Virus record (IMG/VR): IMGVR_UViG_3300044652_000025
Coordinates: 32,001-96,000 of that record
DNA length: 64,000 nucleotides
Direction: 5' to 3' (one strand)
DNA from: a virus
Lineage: Duplodnaviria; Caudoviricetes
Program-made: the position numbers and the translations under genes
The notes under the pieces: model-generated
The model's input: the letters and a program-made list of their open reading frames with translations, nothing else
Database searches by the model: none
Told to the model about the DNA's origin: nothing
Shown here: one piece after another, positions 18,232-26,701 of the stretch
Position numbering within the stretch: position 1 is the first letter of the stretch
How the letters are laid out: every line of letters begins with the position of its first letter

Positions 18232-18594
18232 CTATGTCCCAAGCTCTTCCTCGACTCCCGTCGCCTTCCGGAGTGCGGCGATCTCTTCGGCCGTACCCTC
18301 GAACTCCTCCAGGACGTCGGCTAGGGCCTCAGTCATGGCGTTCAATTTGATGTGGACCGCGTCCTCGAAACGCTGAGAGGAGTTCTGGAGCAGGGCTACC
18401 ATGAGGAAGGTGATGATAGTGGTGAGGGTGTTGATGATCAGCTGCCAGGTGTCGACCGTCAGGCCCAGGAAGATGGTCGGCGCCCAGAGGACCACCAGCG
18501 CACAGCAGGCGGCGAAGAACCACGCCCGGCTGGCCTCTCGGCTGGCCACCTCGGCGAAGCCGTCGAAGACACCGCGCTTCTTGGCCTCAGGCAT
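18232..18594 (-). CDS. low-affinity iron permease family (Fet4-like) membrane protein
   Basis: TWQLIINTLTTIITFLMVALLQNSSQR..A.HIKL signature. Confidence 0.85.
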   Translation of the reverse strand: MPEAKKRGVFDGFAEVASREASRAWFFAACCALVVLWAPTIFLGLTVDTWQLIINTLTTIITFLMVALLQNSSQRFEDAVHIKLNAMTEALADVLEEFEGTAEEIAALRKATGVEEELGT

Positions 18595-21500
18595 TGACCG
18601 CCGTCCTCTGCATCCTGACCGTCTTGAACGGCCCCCACTGCCAGCGGACCTGGTACGAACGTGGCCCCTCCCAGTAGCGCTTCCAATCCTCCTCGGTCGC
18701 CGTGTTGCGGTCCGGCTCAGGGTTGGCCTCGACGGCTCGCTGTTGAGCCCGATCGAGGGGGACGGCCTTGGCCTGCTTCCAGCCGGTCATGAGCAGCGGC
18801 GTCCCCTTGGGAATGTCGATCTCCTGCTCCGAGAGGTAGCGCCAGTCGTTCGACGTGTAGAGCGTGGCCGGGCTGTTCATGTCGATCTCGGCCCGGAGGA
18901 CCGTCGGGACGTAGGGCTTGCTGGGGCTGTACTGGCTGGGTCGCCCCGGGACGTTCTGACCCTCGAACCCCGCCATGCCCCGCTCGGCGATGGCCATGGC
19001 CGTCTTCTCGCTGGTCGACCATGAATAGCCGGTCCCGCCGGTGTCGGCGTGGGCCGCCGTCGTGGGATCGGCTCCCGGCGGCAGGCTGATGCCGCGGTAG
19101 ACGATGGCGATGTGCGGCGCGTTCGGCTTGGTCTGGAGCGTCGGCCACCGGTCGAAAGTGCCCGGCGTCTTCTCCGGCACGATGCGGGCCATGTTGACGG
19201 CGATCGAGTACCACATGCCCTCGTTGTCCCGCTGGCGCCAGGCGTCGTAGAACTCACGGAGCGGCTGATCGTGGCCGTAGCCCTTAGGCTGGCCCCACTG
19301 CATGTTGGCGTCGGGCGCGGTCATGAGGATCCACCCCTGATCGCCCCCACCCTTGAGATGGAAGGTGGCGTCGGACCACGCCGGAGGCTTGCCTGCCAGA
19401 TCGCGCTTGGCGGCCTCGGTGACCTCCTGGATCGCCTCCATCGGATCCACCGTGAAGGGGAGCTTGAGGGTAGCCAGCTTGAAGCCCCCGAGACCGCCCC
19501 CGGCGCCAGGTCGGGGCTCGATGATCACCTGGAAACTGGGGTTGGCGTAGTCCCACCTCTTCTCGACGTTCCAGTCGCCCCACTCCTTGACCTTGAAAGG
19601 GGCCGCCGTCTTCGCCGTGACCTCGCTCCAGGCCCGGCCCTGGTCACTGAGCGTCTTGGAGTGGTGGAGGTCCGGCTTGACCTCCTTGGCCCGGCGGAAC
19701 AACTCGGTGGCCAGGCCCATCCTCTGGTACTCCGGCCGGACGTTGATCTGCATGATCTCGCCGTCCGGGTACCAATAGATGCGTCCGATGGCCATCTTGG
19801 ACGCCTCCCGCACCTCAGGGAGGTAGGCCGACACCGTGTTCTTCTTCACCTCGAAGTAGAGGTCGGGGATCGTCTTCCAGGCGTCGGACGCCATGGCCGT
19901 CTTCGAGGCTGCCTTGGTGTAGTCGAAGGACCGCAGGTAGTTCCCAAACTCGGCCCGGGACCCGAAGCGCCGATGGTCGTAGGGCTGGCCGTCCTCGCGG
20001 TTCACGTCGCAGTAGAAGTCCTTGAGGTCGTACTCCTGGATGAGGGTGGCGATGGCCCGGCGCTGATTCGGGGTGGGGATGATGAAGTCCTCGTCCTCCG
20101 ACAGCCGCCACTCCAGGCCCAGGTAAGGGTTCGCATACATCGATCGCCGCGGCTGGACGACGAAACGGATGCTGCCCTCCCGCCAGGCTTGGCTGTAGGC
20201 CGAGCGCCCGGATCCTGAGGCGCCGTAGTCCTCATGGGCATCGACGGCGACGATCTGGCCGTCGGTCTTGATCCAGCCCGGGACGGTGTTCTCGGGGAAA
20301 TCGACCTGGCCATCGGCCCACTCAATCCACTGACGGGCGGGCATGGTGCCGTGGAGCGCCGACGTGAAGCCCTCGGGGTGCTCGTAGGTGTAGAGCTTCC
20401 GCAGCGTCTGGTGGACCTCGGTGGCCAGGTTGTAGAACCGGTCGTCGTGGGTTGTCTCATCCTCGTAGCGGCCTGCGCCACGGAGCACATGGTCGAGGTG
20501 GTGGGCGAACTCGTGGGCGATGAGCCCTTCCAGATTCGAGTCCCGGAAGTTGAAGATCTTGATCTCCGGCACCCGGATCACCCCGCCGGTCGCCGCCTCG
20601 CAGTCGTAGTTGGCGGCCTGGCCGATGTTGCCGAACGACATGGAGATCCGCGGCTCGGGGACGTGGTAGTGGTCGGCCAGCATCTTGACCATCTGGCGGG
20701 CGTACCAGTCGGAGTCCATCTTCTCGTGCCAGGACGGCTCCTCGTAGTCCCCCCAGGTGTCGGCGAAGTTGGTGCCGTGCCACTCCCGGAGCTTGGCCCG
20801 GTCCCATGGCCCGGCCGCGGCCTTGGAGAGCCGGAGCCGTGACGGTGGGATCGGGTCGGTGGTGTACCAGGAGTAACCCTTGATCCCGACGCGGTCGCGC
20901 TCCTTCTGGGCGACGTTGTTGGCCGGGTCGGGCATGAGGGTCAACCCGTTCAGGTCGACCTGCCAGATGTCGACGGGGACGGTGGAGCGGTCGACGACCC
21001 TCTGGGCATCGGCCAGGTCATCGAAGACGTAGTTCCCCGCCGGGAGGAAGTCCTCGTAGAACCCCTTGAAACGATCAGTGCCCCGCGAGCGGTCGAGACC
21101 GTGCTGGAGGATCGAGTCGCGTAGATCGCGGCGGGTGACGTGGTAGCCGACCTGAGCGGCGGCGATCTTGGCGTTCTGGGTCTTGATGTAGGCGGGTTGC
21201 TCCAGCATCTGGACCGACTCGACGTAGCGGACCATGTTGCGGCCCTGGGACGGCGACCATGAGATCCCGTCCTGGGTGATGTACTTGCCGGTGGTCAGCC
21301 ACTTCACCAACTCGTCCCAGGACATCCCGCCCTTGAACTTGTAGTAGCCGCCGTCGCGGGCGATGACCTCGTCGGCCTGGCGCAGCACCGACTCCGGGAC
21401 GTCGAAGGTGATGAGGACCGGCCCGCCGCCGCGCTTGAGGATCTGCTCCTTCAGCCAGGGATGGAGGCCCTCGACCGTGGCCCCGAAGAAGTCCTGCTTC

Positions 21501-23509
21501 ACCCGCTCGGGATAGAGCGTGAGGTAGGCCGCCTTGAGGGCGTCGTAGAGCGGGGCGCTCCCGGCGTAGGCGTAGCCCTCGGCCCGAGCACGGTCGGCGG
21601 TGAGGTAGAGGTTCCTGGTCGTCCCTTCCTTACGACGCTGCTTGGACCAGTTCTGCTTCTTCCAGACCGACCCCCGGGGCAGCTTGAACTCGTCCTCGAT
21701 CTGGTGGCAGAGCTTGAGAGGATCGATCGGCGGCACGAAGCCGTTGCGCTTGATCTGCTCCCAGGCGTTGAGCGTCGTGCCGTGGTACATGACCAGAGAC
21801 GGCTCGTCAGGTGACTCGATGGAGACGGCCTCGACCGATGCAGCCCGCCGGTTGAGGTGCTCGGCCTCGGGGATGTCCGACATCTCCCGCGGTCCCCAGT
21901 CGGAGCGGGCGCCAACCACTCTCGACCAGGCCAGTCCCGCAGGGGTGCGGTCCGACTCGGGGGCGTGCTCGACGTGGCCGAGGTCAGCCCTGGCCCGCTC
22001 CAACATGGCGGTGGCGATCCCCTGACGCTGGTACTGCGGGTCCACCACGGCCCTGTAGATCTCCCAGCCTCCATCGATCTCCCTGAGCCGGAGGGTCCCC
22101 ACCGGCTGATCGCCGATCGAGGCGACGTAGGCAACCCCGCCCTCCCAAGGCTTGGTGGCGATGATGAGGTCGGCGCGGGCGGCCGTCAGCTTCTGGGGCT
22201 TGCGGTACTGACCCCCGAAGCCGTTCGGCCCGCTGTTGACCCGATTCCACGACGGCGGCATCGACTCGGCCAGGCCCTGGCCCTCGGGCGACATGAAGGC
22301 GCTCCAGAGCAAATAGGTGCCCTTGTTGACCTTGGCGTCGGACTGGTCTTTGGCCCACTGCGCCATGGCCTGGGCGATGCCCTGGCCCCGGAGTGAGGGG
22401 TCCACCTGGACGTGGTAGACCGACCAGCCCCACCGGCCCATGTACCACTGCCGCCAGAGGACGAGGTGGCCGATGGCCTGGCCGTCCTTCCACGCCTCGA
22501 CCACCACCTGATCGACCTGTGGGTCGAAGGGCGGGGTGGCCTTGAACGTGACCCCCGCCGGTGCCGTGAGCTTGGCCGCCGCCCGCCGGTTGAGGTGGTG
22601 CTCCTCAGGGATGTCGCTCATCCGCCGCTCGGCCTCGTCGTAGTCATGCTCGGGCAGGACGGCGTAGACATGGAGGGTGCCGTCGACATGGGGGTAGAGC
22701 AGCAGCCGGGACGGCCCTTCCAGGCGCACCCCGTAGGTCCCGGCCAGCGGGCCGGTCTTGGCTTCGAGGTTCGCCCGGCCCGCCTCGATGGCCTCGACAG
22801 CCTGGCGGACCAGCTTCTGGAGGTGGGGGTCGGCCCGCTGGAGATCCTTCAGGCCGACGCGGTCGAAGTTCACCTTCCAGGGCTGGTGCATCTCTCTGGG
22901 CGTGAGAGCGTCGTCCTTGAACTCCCAGGGGATGACGCCAGAGGACGGACCTGCCGTCCTCTGGCTGATTTCCTGCCCGTCCAGACCATGACACGGCCCG
23001 CGTCGCCAGAGCCTGACTGAACTGGCCCCGACTCGCCCAGGCTCCTCCATCATACGGCTTGCCTTTGTAAGATCGATCACATCTACTTCCATCGATCTCA
23101 TTTGGCGCAATATGCACCCTTCTAGCCGATGATGGCCGTCCCACAAAAAGAGCTTGCCGTCCGGGGTTCGGATAGCGATGGGGATGTAGCCGGGCCGGTA
23201 CCAGGCGCTGTCGCGGTCGAGGCCGTGGATCACCGCCGCGACCGATGAGCGCTTGAGGTACTGCTTGGTGGCGATGATCGACTGGGTCGGGACCATCATC
23301 CGCTTGCGGGGTAGCCGGTCGAGTTCGGCCTCGTCGAAGTCGTCCCGGATGTCGTCCTCGAAGGGGGCCGACCCTCGGATCGCGTCGTCGACCCACTCGC
23401 CGTCGACCATCATCCCGCCCATGGTCGGCTTGGACTTGAGCCGGGCCAGAGCCGCGGCCTGCTGGTCGTTTTCGGGCTGCCAGCGGTCGACCTTGGGATT
23501 GGGCGCCAT
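18587..23509 (-). CDS. 1640-aa polyvalent multidomain protein (ParB/Srx, RelE-like, 3 GNAT-like, 3 ART-like, zincin)
   Basis: WDGHHR; VDPSLRGQGIA / VDPQYQRQGIA / VRPEYQRMGLA; YHGT, YHVT, VYRG..SWST..EQEI; AHEFAHHLD. Confidence 0.85.
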   Translation of the reverse strand: MAPNPKVDRWQPENDQQAAALARLKSKPTMGGMMVDGEWVDDAIRGSAPFEDDIRDDFDEAELDRLPRKRMMVPTQSIIATKQYLKRSSVAAVIHGLDRDSAWYRPGYIPIAIRTPDGKLFLWDGHHRLEGCILRQMRSMEVDVIDLTKASRMMEEPGRVGASSVRLWRRGPCHGLDGQEISQRTAGPSSGVIPWEFKDDALTPREMHQPWKVNFDRVGLKDLQRADPHLQKLVRQAVEAIEAGRANLEAKTGPLAGTYGVRLEGPSRLLLYPHVDGTLHVYAVLPEHDYDEAERRMSDIPEEHHLNRRAAAKLTAPAGVTFKATPPFDPQVDQVVVEAWKDGQAIGHLVLWRQWYMGRWGWSVYHVQVDPSLRGQGIAQAMAQWAKDQSDAKVNKGTYLLWSAFMSPEGQGLAESMPPSWNRVNSGPNGFGGQYRKPQKLTAARADLIIATKPWEGGVAYVASIGDQPVGTLRLREIDGGWEIYRAVVDPQYQRQGIATAMLERARADLGHVEHAPESDRTPAGLAWSRVVGARSDWGPREMSDIPEAEHLNRRAASVEAVSIESPDEPSLVMYHGTTLNAWEQIKRNGFVPPIDPLKLCHQIEDEFKLPRGSVWKKQNWSKQRRKEGTTRNLYLTADRARAEGYAYAGSAPLYDALKAAYLTLYPERVKQDFFGATVEGLHPWLKEQILKRGGGPVLITFDVPESVLRQADEVIARDGGYYKFKGGMSWDELVKWLTTGKYITQDGISWSPSQGRNMVRYVESVQMLEQPAYIKTQNAKIAAAQVGYHVTRRDLRDSILQHGLDRSRGTDRFKGFYEDFLPAGNYVFDDLADAQRVVDRSTVPVDIWQVDLNGLTLMPDPANNVAQKERDRVGIKGYSWYTTDPIPPSRLRLSKAAAGPWDRAKLREWHGTNFADTWGDYEEPSWHEKMDSDWYARQMVKMLADHYHVPEPRISMSFGNIGQAANYDCEAATGGVIRVPEIKIFNFRDSNLEGLIAHEFAHHLDHVLRGAGRYEDETTHDDRFYNLATEVHQTLRKLYTYEHPEGFTSALHGTMPARQWIEWADGQVDFPENTVPGWIKTDGQIVAVDAHEDYGASGSGRSAYSQAWREGSIRFVVQPRRSMYANPYLGLEWRLSEDEDFIIPTPNQRRAIATLIQEYDLKDFYCDVNREDGQPYDHRRFGSRAEFGNYLRSFDYTKAASKTAMASDAWKTIPDLYFEVKKNTVSAYLPEVREASKMAIGRIYWYPDGEIMQINVRPEYQRMGLATELFRRAKEVKPDLHHSKTLSDQGRAWSEVTAKTAAPFKVKEWGDWNVEKRWDYANPSFQVIIEPRPGAGGGLGGFKLATLKLPFTVDPMEAIQEVTEAAKRDLAGKPPAWSDATFHLKGGGDQGWILMTAPDANMQWGQPKGYGHDQPLREFYDAWRQRDNEGMWYSIAVNMARIVPEKTPGTFDRWPTLQTKPNAPHIAIVYRGISLPPGADPTTAAHADTGGTGYSWSTSEKTAMAIAERGMAGFEGQNVPGRPSQYSPSKPYVPTVLRAEIDMNSPATLYTSNDWRYLSEQEIDIPKGTPLLMTGWKQAKAVPLDRAQQRAVEANPEPDRNTATEEDWKRYWEGPRSYQVRWQWGPFKTVRMQRTAVNA

Positions 23510-23556
23510 CTCACTCCTTCAGAGGGGCGAGACCGCGTAGGGCAGGCCGTCCGGGA

Positions 23557-24057
23557 TTAAGGCTGGGCGGCCCCGGTTGGTCCATCCCCGGCGTGGAACG
23601 ACGACAGGCTGGATGTCCCGCTCTTGATGAACTCGTTGCAGAGGCTCTTGAGGGCCTGGGCCTGGGCCGGGGTGAGGGGGATCACGTCGGGCTGGTTGAT
23701 CTCGATGTGGTCGAACTCGGCCAGCTTGTCGTGGGCGTACTGGTTGGTGTGGCGGTGATCGTCCAAGTCGGCCAGGAGGCAGGCGATTCCGTCCTTCTGG
23801 ATACGGTCGTCGTGGGTCAGGATCCGACGGTCACTGGCCCGGACGAAGAACAGTGAAAAGATCAGGATCGTGTTGGCGATCAGCAGTCCAATCCCGACCG
23901 GATGACGGTGGGGCTGGGTCCCCGCCGCCGAGGCGCCACTGGCGGCGATCTGAGCCGATGCTTGCTCGATGACCCGGTCAATCATGTCGCTGGGCGGCAG
24001 CCCGGCCACCGGGATCACGACCTCCTTCTCGTCGTCGGGCGGGGGGATGTCGGACAT
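23557..24057 (-). CDS. single-pass membrane protein
   Basis: TM VGIGLLIANTILIFSLFFV; TGATG start. Confidence 0.7.
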   Translation of the reverse strand: MSDIPPPDDEKEVVIPVAGLPPSDMIDRVIEQASAQIAASGASAAGTQPHRHPVGIGLLIANTILIFSLFFVRASDRRILTHDDRIQKDGIACLLADLDDHRHTNQYAHDKLAEFDHIEINQPDVIPLTPAQAQALKSLCNEFIKSGTSSLSSFHAGDGPTGAAQP

Positions 24058-24377
24058 CAATGTCTCCCTGTGGCTTGGAGTACCTGCGTGATGATCGAGA
24101 CCAGCATGGTCAGGAAGGCCGCGATCAACATGAAGGTGAGCTTCGAGTTGGAAGATTCGAGCTTCGAGATGCGCTTCTCCTGAGCCTGGAGATTGGCGGC
24201 CACCGTCAACTCCCGCGCCTCGGTCAGCTTCTCGGTGGCGATCACTCGGTCCATGCAATTGCGCTCGACCGTCCTTACCTGCTCGACGGTGGCGATCCGT
24301 TCGTCCATCAGGTCTTCGACCCGCTGGACCCGGCGGGTGAGTTCACTGAGACTGGGGGATCCGTCGGGCGTGACCAT
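24057..24377 (-). CDS. coiled-coil protein with C-terminal TM helix
   Basis: Heptads plus LTFMLIAAFLTMLVSII. Confidence 0.7.
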   Translation of the reverse strand: MVTPDGSPSLSELTRRVQRVEDLMDERIATVEQVRTVERNCMDRVIATEKLTEARELTVAANLQAQEKRISKLESSNSKLTFMLIAAFLTMLVSIITQVLQATGRH

Positions 24378-24379
24378 GG

Positions 24380-24883
24380 CTACTGCTTCGGCGGGCTGGC
24401 CGCTGCCACGGCCTTGGTGACGCAGGCGTCGAGCTTGGCCTGGGTCCGCTGATCCACCGGCAGCGGGAAGACGCAGTTGAGGTAGGTGATGAAGAAGGCC
24501 GACTGGTTGAGGACGTCCCCGCACTCGGCGGTGATCTCGGCCGCCGTCATGCCATCCGTTCGTTTCTGGAGGCAGACCTTGACGTACTGGGCGCTAGTGC
24601 TGGCGTCCTGGGACAGCTTGATGATTGTCTTGTTCTGGTCGTGGTTCGCCCGGGACTGGGCCAGCCCGAAGGCACTGACGATAGCGGCCACCAGCACCGG
24701 GCCGATGACGGCGGCCAGGATCTTGATCCGGTCCCGCTTCTGCTCGTTGGCCACGATGGAGGTGAGCCGCTCCTCCGACAGGTTGGTATCCAGCCGCTCG
24801 GTCAACCGGTCGATGCTCTCGACGACGGCGGCCAGGACGGTGGGGTCAGGCTTGCGGCGCTCCGGTCCCTGGTAGGTCATCAA
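24380..24883 (-). CDS. single-pass membrane protein with Cys pairs
   Basis: YQGPERR N-terminus, TM helix, 4 Cys. Confidence 0.7.
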   Translation of the reverse strand: MMTYQGPERRKPDPTVLAAVVESIDRLTERLDTNLSEERLTSIVANEQKRDRIKILAAVIGPVLVAAIVSAFGLAQSRANHDQNKTIIKLSQDASTSAQYVKVCLQKRTDGMTAAEITAECGDVLNQSAFFITYLNCVFPLPVDQRTQAKLDACVTKAVAAASPPKQ

Positions 24884-25130
24884 CGCCCTCCTGTGGTGGC
24901 TCGGGCATCGCCTCGATCACTTGCTCCAACTCCTCGACGTCGCCGTAGATGTCATGGAGAGCCTCCTTCAGGCGCCGGGCCGCCGCCTGGGCCTGCGCCT
25001 TGACCGACGCCACCTCGATCGCCGTGGAAAGGGTCAGATCGACCGGGTCGATAGGTTGGCGGACCGAAGGCTTCGTAGCGGCCGACTTCTTCCGACGCAA
25101 ACGCACCTCGGCCCCTCCGTTCGTACTCAC
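24846..25130 (-). CDS. hypothetical protein
   Basis: ORF track; overlaps neighbours. Confidence 0.5.
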   Translation of the reverse strand: MSTNGGAEVRLRRKKSAATKPSVRQPIDPVDLTLSTAIEVASVKAQAQAAARRLKEALHDIYGDVEELEQVIEAMPEPPQEGVDDLPGTGAPQA

Positions 25131-25512
25131 CGATGATCCACTCCTGTCTCTTCATGACATCCTCGACCCGGGCGAGCGCCGGAGCGAGCCGCTTCTCGTA
25201 GTCGCCCAGGGTGGGCAGGATCTCGGTGTGGTAGACGGCCAGGAGGGTGTCGACCAGCGCCCGGAGCCGGGCCAGTTCGGCCTCGGTGCGTTGGCGTTCG
25301 GCCTCCAGGACGCCCTGAAGGCGGATCAGTTCTTCTTCGGCCTGCTGGCGCTCGAACTCGACCGACTTGTCGGAATGAATTCTGCCCGCCAGGAACATGA
25401 TGACCCAGATCCCGGCCACCCCCGCGCCACCGATGAGGGTCTGGGTGGGGTCGAAGCTGGAGAGATCGGCGAGCACCATCACCCCTTCAAGGGGCGATGC
25501 CCGATGCGGCAC
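24952..25512 (-). CDS. membrane protein with coiled coil (true start ~25480)
   Basis: N-terminal TM then coiled coil; C-terminus overlaps next gene. Confidence 0.55.
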   Translation of the reverse strand: MPHRASPLEGVMVLADLSSFDPTQTLIGGAGVAGIWVIMFLAGRIHSDKSVEFERQQAEEELIRLQGVLEAERQRTEAELARLRALVDTLLAVYHTEILPTLGDYEKRLAPALARVEDVMKRQEWIIGEYERRGRGAFASEEVGRYEAFGPPTYRPGRSDPFHGDRGGVGQGAGPGGGPAPEGGSP

Positions 25513-25530
25513 AGGTGATTTCGGTGTGCC

Positions 25531-25794
25531 CTACGATGCCCGGCGGCGCAGCCGTTTGCGCTCCCGCTCCGACAGGCCGCCCCAGATCCCGAAGTTCTCG
25601 GGCTTGGTGAGGGCGTAGTCGAGACACTGGGGCCGCACGGAGCATTCGCGGCACAGCGCCTTGGGGATCTCCAGATCCTCGCCGCGGGTGGGATAGAACA
25701 ACTCGGTCTGGCCGAGGCAGGCGGCCTCCCGCTGCCAGACGTTGAAGCCCGCTTCGAGGTGGTGGTTGAAGCGCAGGACCTGCCCCATCACCAC
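25531..25794 (-). CDS. whiB: WhiB-family transcription regulator
   Basis: WQREAAC...LFYP...CRECSVRPQCLDYAL...GIWGGLSERER. Confidence 0.95.
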   Translation of the reverse strand: MVMGQVLRFNHHLEAGFNVWQREAACLGQTELFYPTRGEDLEIPKALCRECSVRPQCLDYALTKPENFGIWGGLSERERKRLRRRAS

Positions 25795-25993
25795 TTCAAG
25801 CGGCGTCAGGGCGAGTTCGACAGGCCCCGGTCAGCCGCTGCGCTTCTGGTTCTTGTTGTTGCCGTAGATCCGTTGCGGCGCGGCCCGGGACCGGCGCTTG
25901 GCCTCGTTGTGGTACTGGCGCTTCTCCTCCGGGGTCATCTCGGAGTACTTCTTGCCCATCGCCATCATCCCCTCGTCCTGACTTCAAACAAGC

Positions 25994-26701
25994 TTATCGG
26001 GCAAAGATGAGGAGCACCTCCGCCTCGGCCCGGGACTCGTGGTTGGCACCGCGCCTCATCCTGGGGGTGACGATCTCGTGGCGGGCGATGAGCGTGAAGC
26101 CGATCGACTCGCAGATCGATCGATGGGTCTCGACGACGGGCTCTCTCCGGCGCTGACCGCGGTGGGTCCGGTAGCAGTCGCTGACGTTGAGGACGAACGT
26201 CCCCGACCGGGTGAGGGGATCGTAGGGCCGCAGTACCCGATAGACCTCCTGCCAGGCGGCGTCGTGGAAGCGCCAGTAGGCGGGCTGCCAGCAGTAGAGG
26301 GTGCCGCTGTTGGCGGGATCCAGGAGCCGGGTCTCGTCGCCGGTCATCCGCCGGAGGTCGTGGGTGTAGCTCCGGCGGTGGGAGCCGTCCTTGGCCATGT
26401 GGGAGTCGGACATCCTGTTGCCGAACACCGGGCTCACCATGACCGCGTCGATGCTCTCGTCCTCGAAGGGGAGGGCCAGGGCGTTGCCCACCCGGGTGTG
26501 GGGGTGACAGGCCGCCCACTCCGGCTCGATCTCGATACCGATGGTCTCCCGCCCGGCCTGGGCCAGGTCATGGACGCGTCCGATGCCCGCCATGGGGTCG
26601 AGGACGACGCCGGTGTCGGGGAGGATCTGGTGGTTCGCGATGAAGCGGAGGATGGCCTGGCTGTACGGCGCCGGGTGGATGGGCTTGGTGGCGGTCGTCA
26701 T
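25994..26701 (-). CDS. SAM-dependent DNA amino-methyltransferase-like protein
   Basis: VLDPMAGIG, GIEIE, GNALALPF, SPVF in place of SPPY. Confidence 0.75.
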   Translation of the reverse strand: MTTATKPIHPAPYSQAILRFIANHQILPDTGVVLDPMAGIGRVHDLAQAGRETIGIEIEPEWAACHPHTRVGNALALPFEDESIDAVMVSPVFGNRMSDSHMAKDGSHRRSYTHDLRRMTGDETRLLDPANSGTLYCWQPAYWRFHDAAWQEVYRVLRPYDPLTRSGTFVLNVSDCYRTHRGQRRREPVVETHRSICESIGFTLIARHEIVTPRMRRGANHESRAEAEVLLIFAR

